The notes under the pieces: generated by a model
What the model was told of the DNA's origin: nothing
Seen by the model: the letters and a program-made list of their open reading frames with translations, nothing else
Databases searched by the model: none
Shown: in pieces, positions 36,865-37,446 of the stretch
Position numbering within the stretch: position 1 is the first letter of the stretch
How the letters are laid out: each line of letters starts with the position of its first letter
Source of the DNA: a virus
Taxonomy: Duplodnaviria; Caudoviricetes
Virus record (IMG/VR): IMGVR_UViG_3300017991_000227
Coordinates: 1-37,446 of that record
DNA length: 37,446 bases
Reading direction: 5' to 3' (one strand)
Made by a program: the position numbers and the translations under genes

Positions 36865-37446
36865 TTACACGGTTGTGGGGTCAAACTCCGGACACGCATC
36901 TCGAACCGCCGCAAGAGCAGCGTCCTCCGCTGCCTGCGCTGCCGCCAGGGCTGACTCCGCTTCAGCCTTGGCGGTAGTCGCATCCTCCACAGCTTTTCTT
37001 TGGGTTGCGACTTGATTCGAAGTAGTTGTATGCGACGCCTGCGCCGCCGTGCAGAACGCGGTAATCAGAGGCTCCAGTGTTCCGGTCCTGTAATTGGTGG
37101 CAGCAGAACCTTCAGTGTCTATCTGGCTCACGTAATTCGCGAACGTCGTTGTGAGGTTCCCACAGAAAATGAGTTCATTGTCGTACACGGACAACAGGGT
37201 TAGCACGTGGTCGAGTTCCGTCTTCGCATCTTCCAGCGCTTCTTCTGCGTCCTCTACAGCGCTCTCTGCCTCAATGCGCGCGTCACGAGCTGCCACATAC
37301 GCCTCTTTAAGGGAATCCTCCAAATCCGGGTCAACCGTGGGAAAGACCTGTACTTCACCGGTACGGTCTTCGAAATTATCCCGGTACGCAACCCAATTAC
37401 GAATAAGCTGATTTATGCGTGTGCGCAGCGCTTTTTTTGCCTGAAC
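36865..37446 (-). CDS. Ala/Glu-rich coiled-coil protein, 5'-partial
   Basis: The frame stays open from 37323 to the window end (VQAKKALRTRINQLIRNW...), so the true start is outside the window. Confidence 0.7.
   Translation of the reverse strand, partial: VQAKKALRTRINQLIRNWVAYRDNFEDRTGEVQVFPTVDPDLEDSLKEAYVAARDARIEAESAVEDAEEALEDAKTELDHVLTLLSVYDNELIFCGNLTTTFANYVSQIDTEGSAATNYRTGTLEPLITAFCTAAQASHTTTSNQVATQRKAVEDATTAKAEAESALAAAQAAEDAALAAVRDACPEFDPTTV

Overview
A gene-dense segment of a large tailed-phage genome (inferred from portal, terminase and replication genes, with no host housekeeping operons). The minus strand carries a phage multisubunit RNA polymerase with unusual architecture: beta fused to the N-half of beta', a separate beta' C-half, and a LigD-like polymerase/phosphoesterase gene wedged between them. 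It also carries a zinc-ribbon-containing sigma70-type factor, portal, terminase and probable virion proteins sharing a short motif. The plus strand carries an SNF2 helicase, two Cas4-like nucleases, an amidase, ParB, a putative SSB, a primase-helicase, a UDG-like/PolA fusion, a MoxR AAA plus vWA pair and a retron-type reverse transcriptase. The standout is the 504-nt gap 26917-27420 after polA. It folds like a retron ncRNA with ONE msr/priming end followed by THREE different long hairpins, each ending in the same AGCAGTACG repeat that can pair with that priming end. The retron-type RT lies about 7 kb away, tightly packed between two Cys-rich genes and with no adjacent ncRNA. This is a candidate split, multi-template (arrayed) phage retron-like system. 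All calls are by-eye motif recognition and manual folding; no searches were run.
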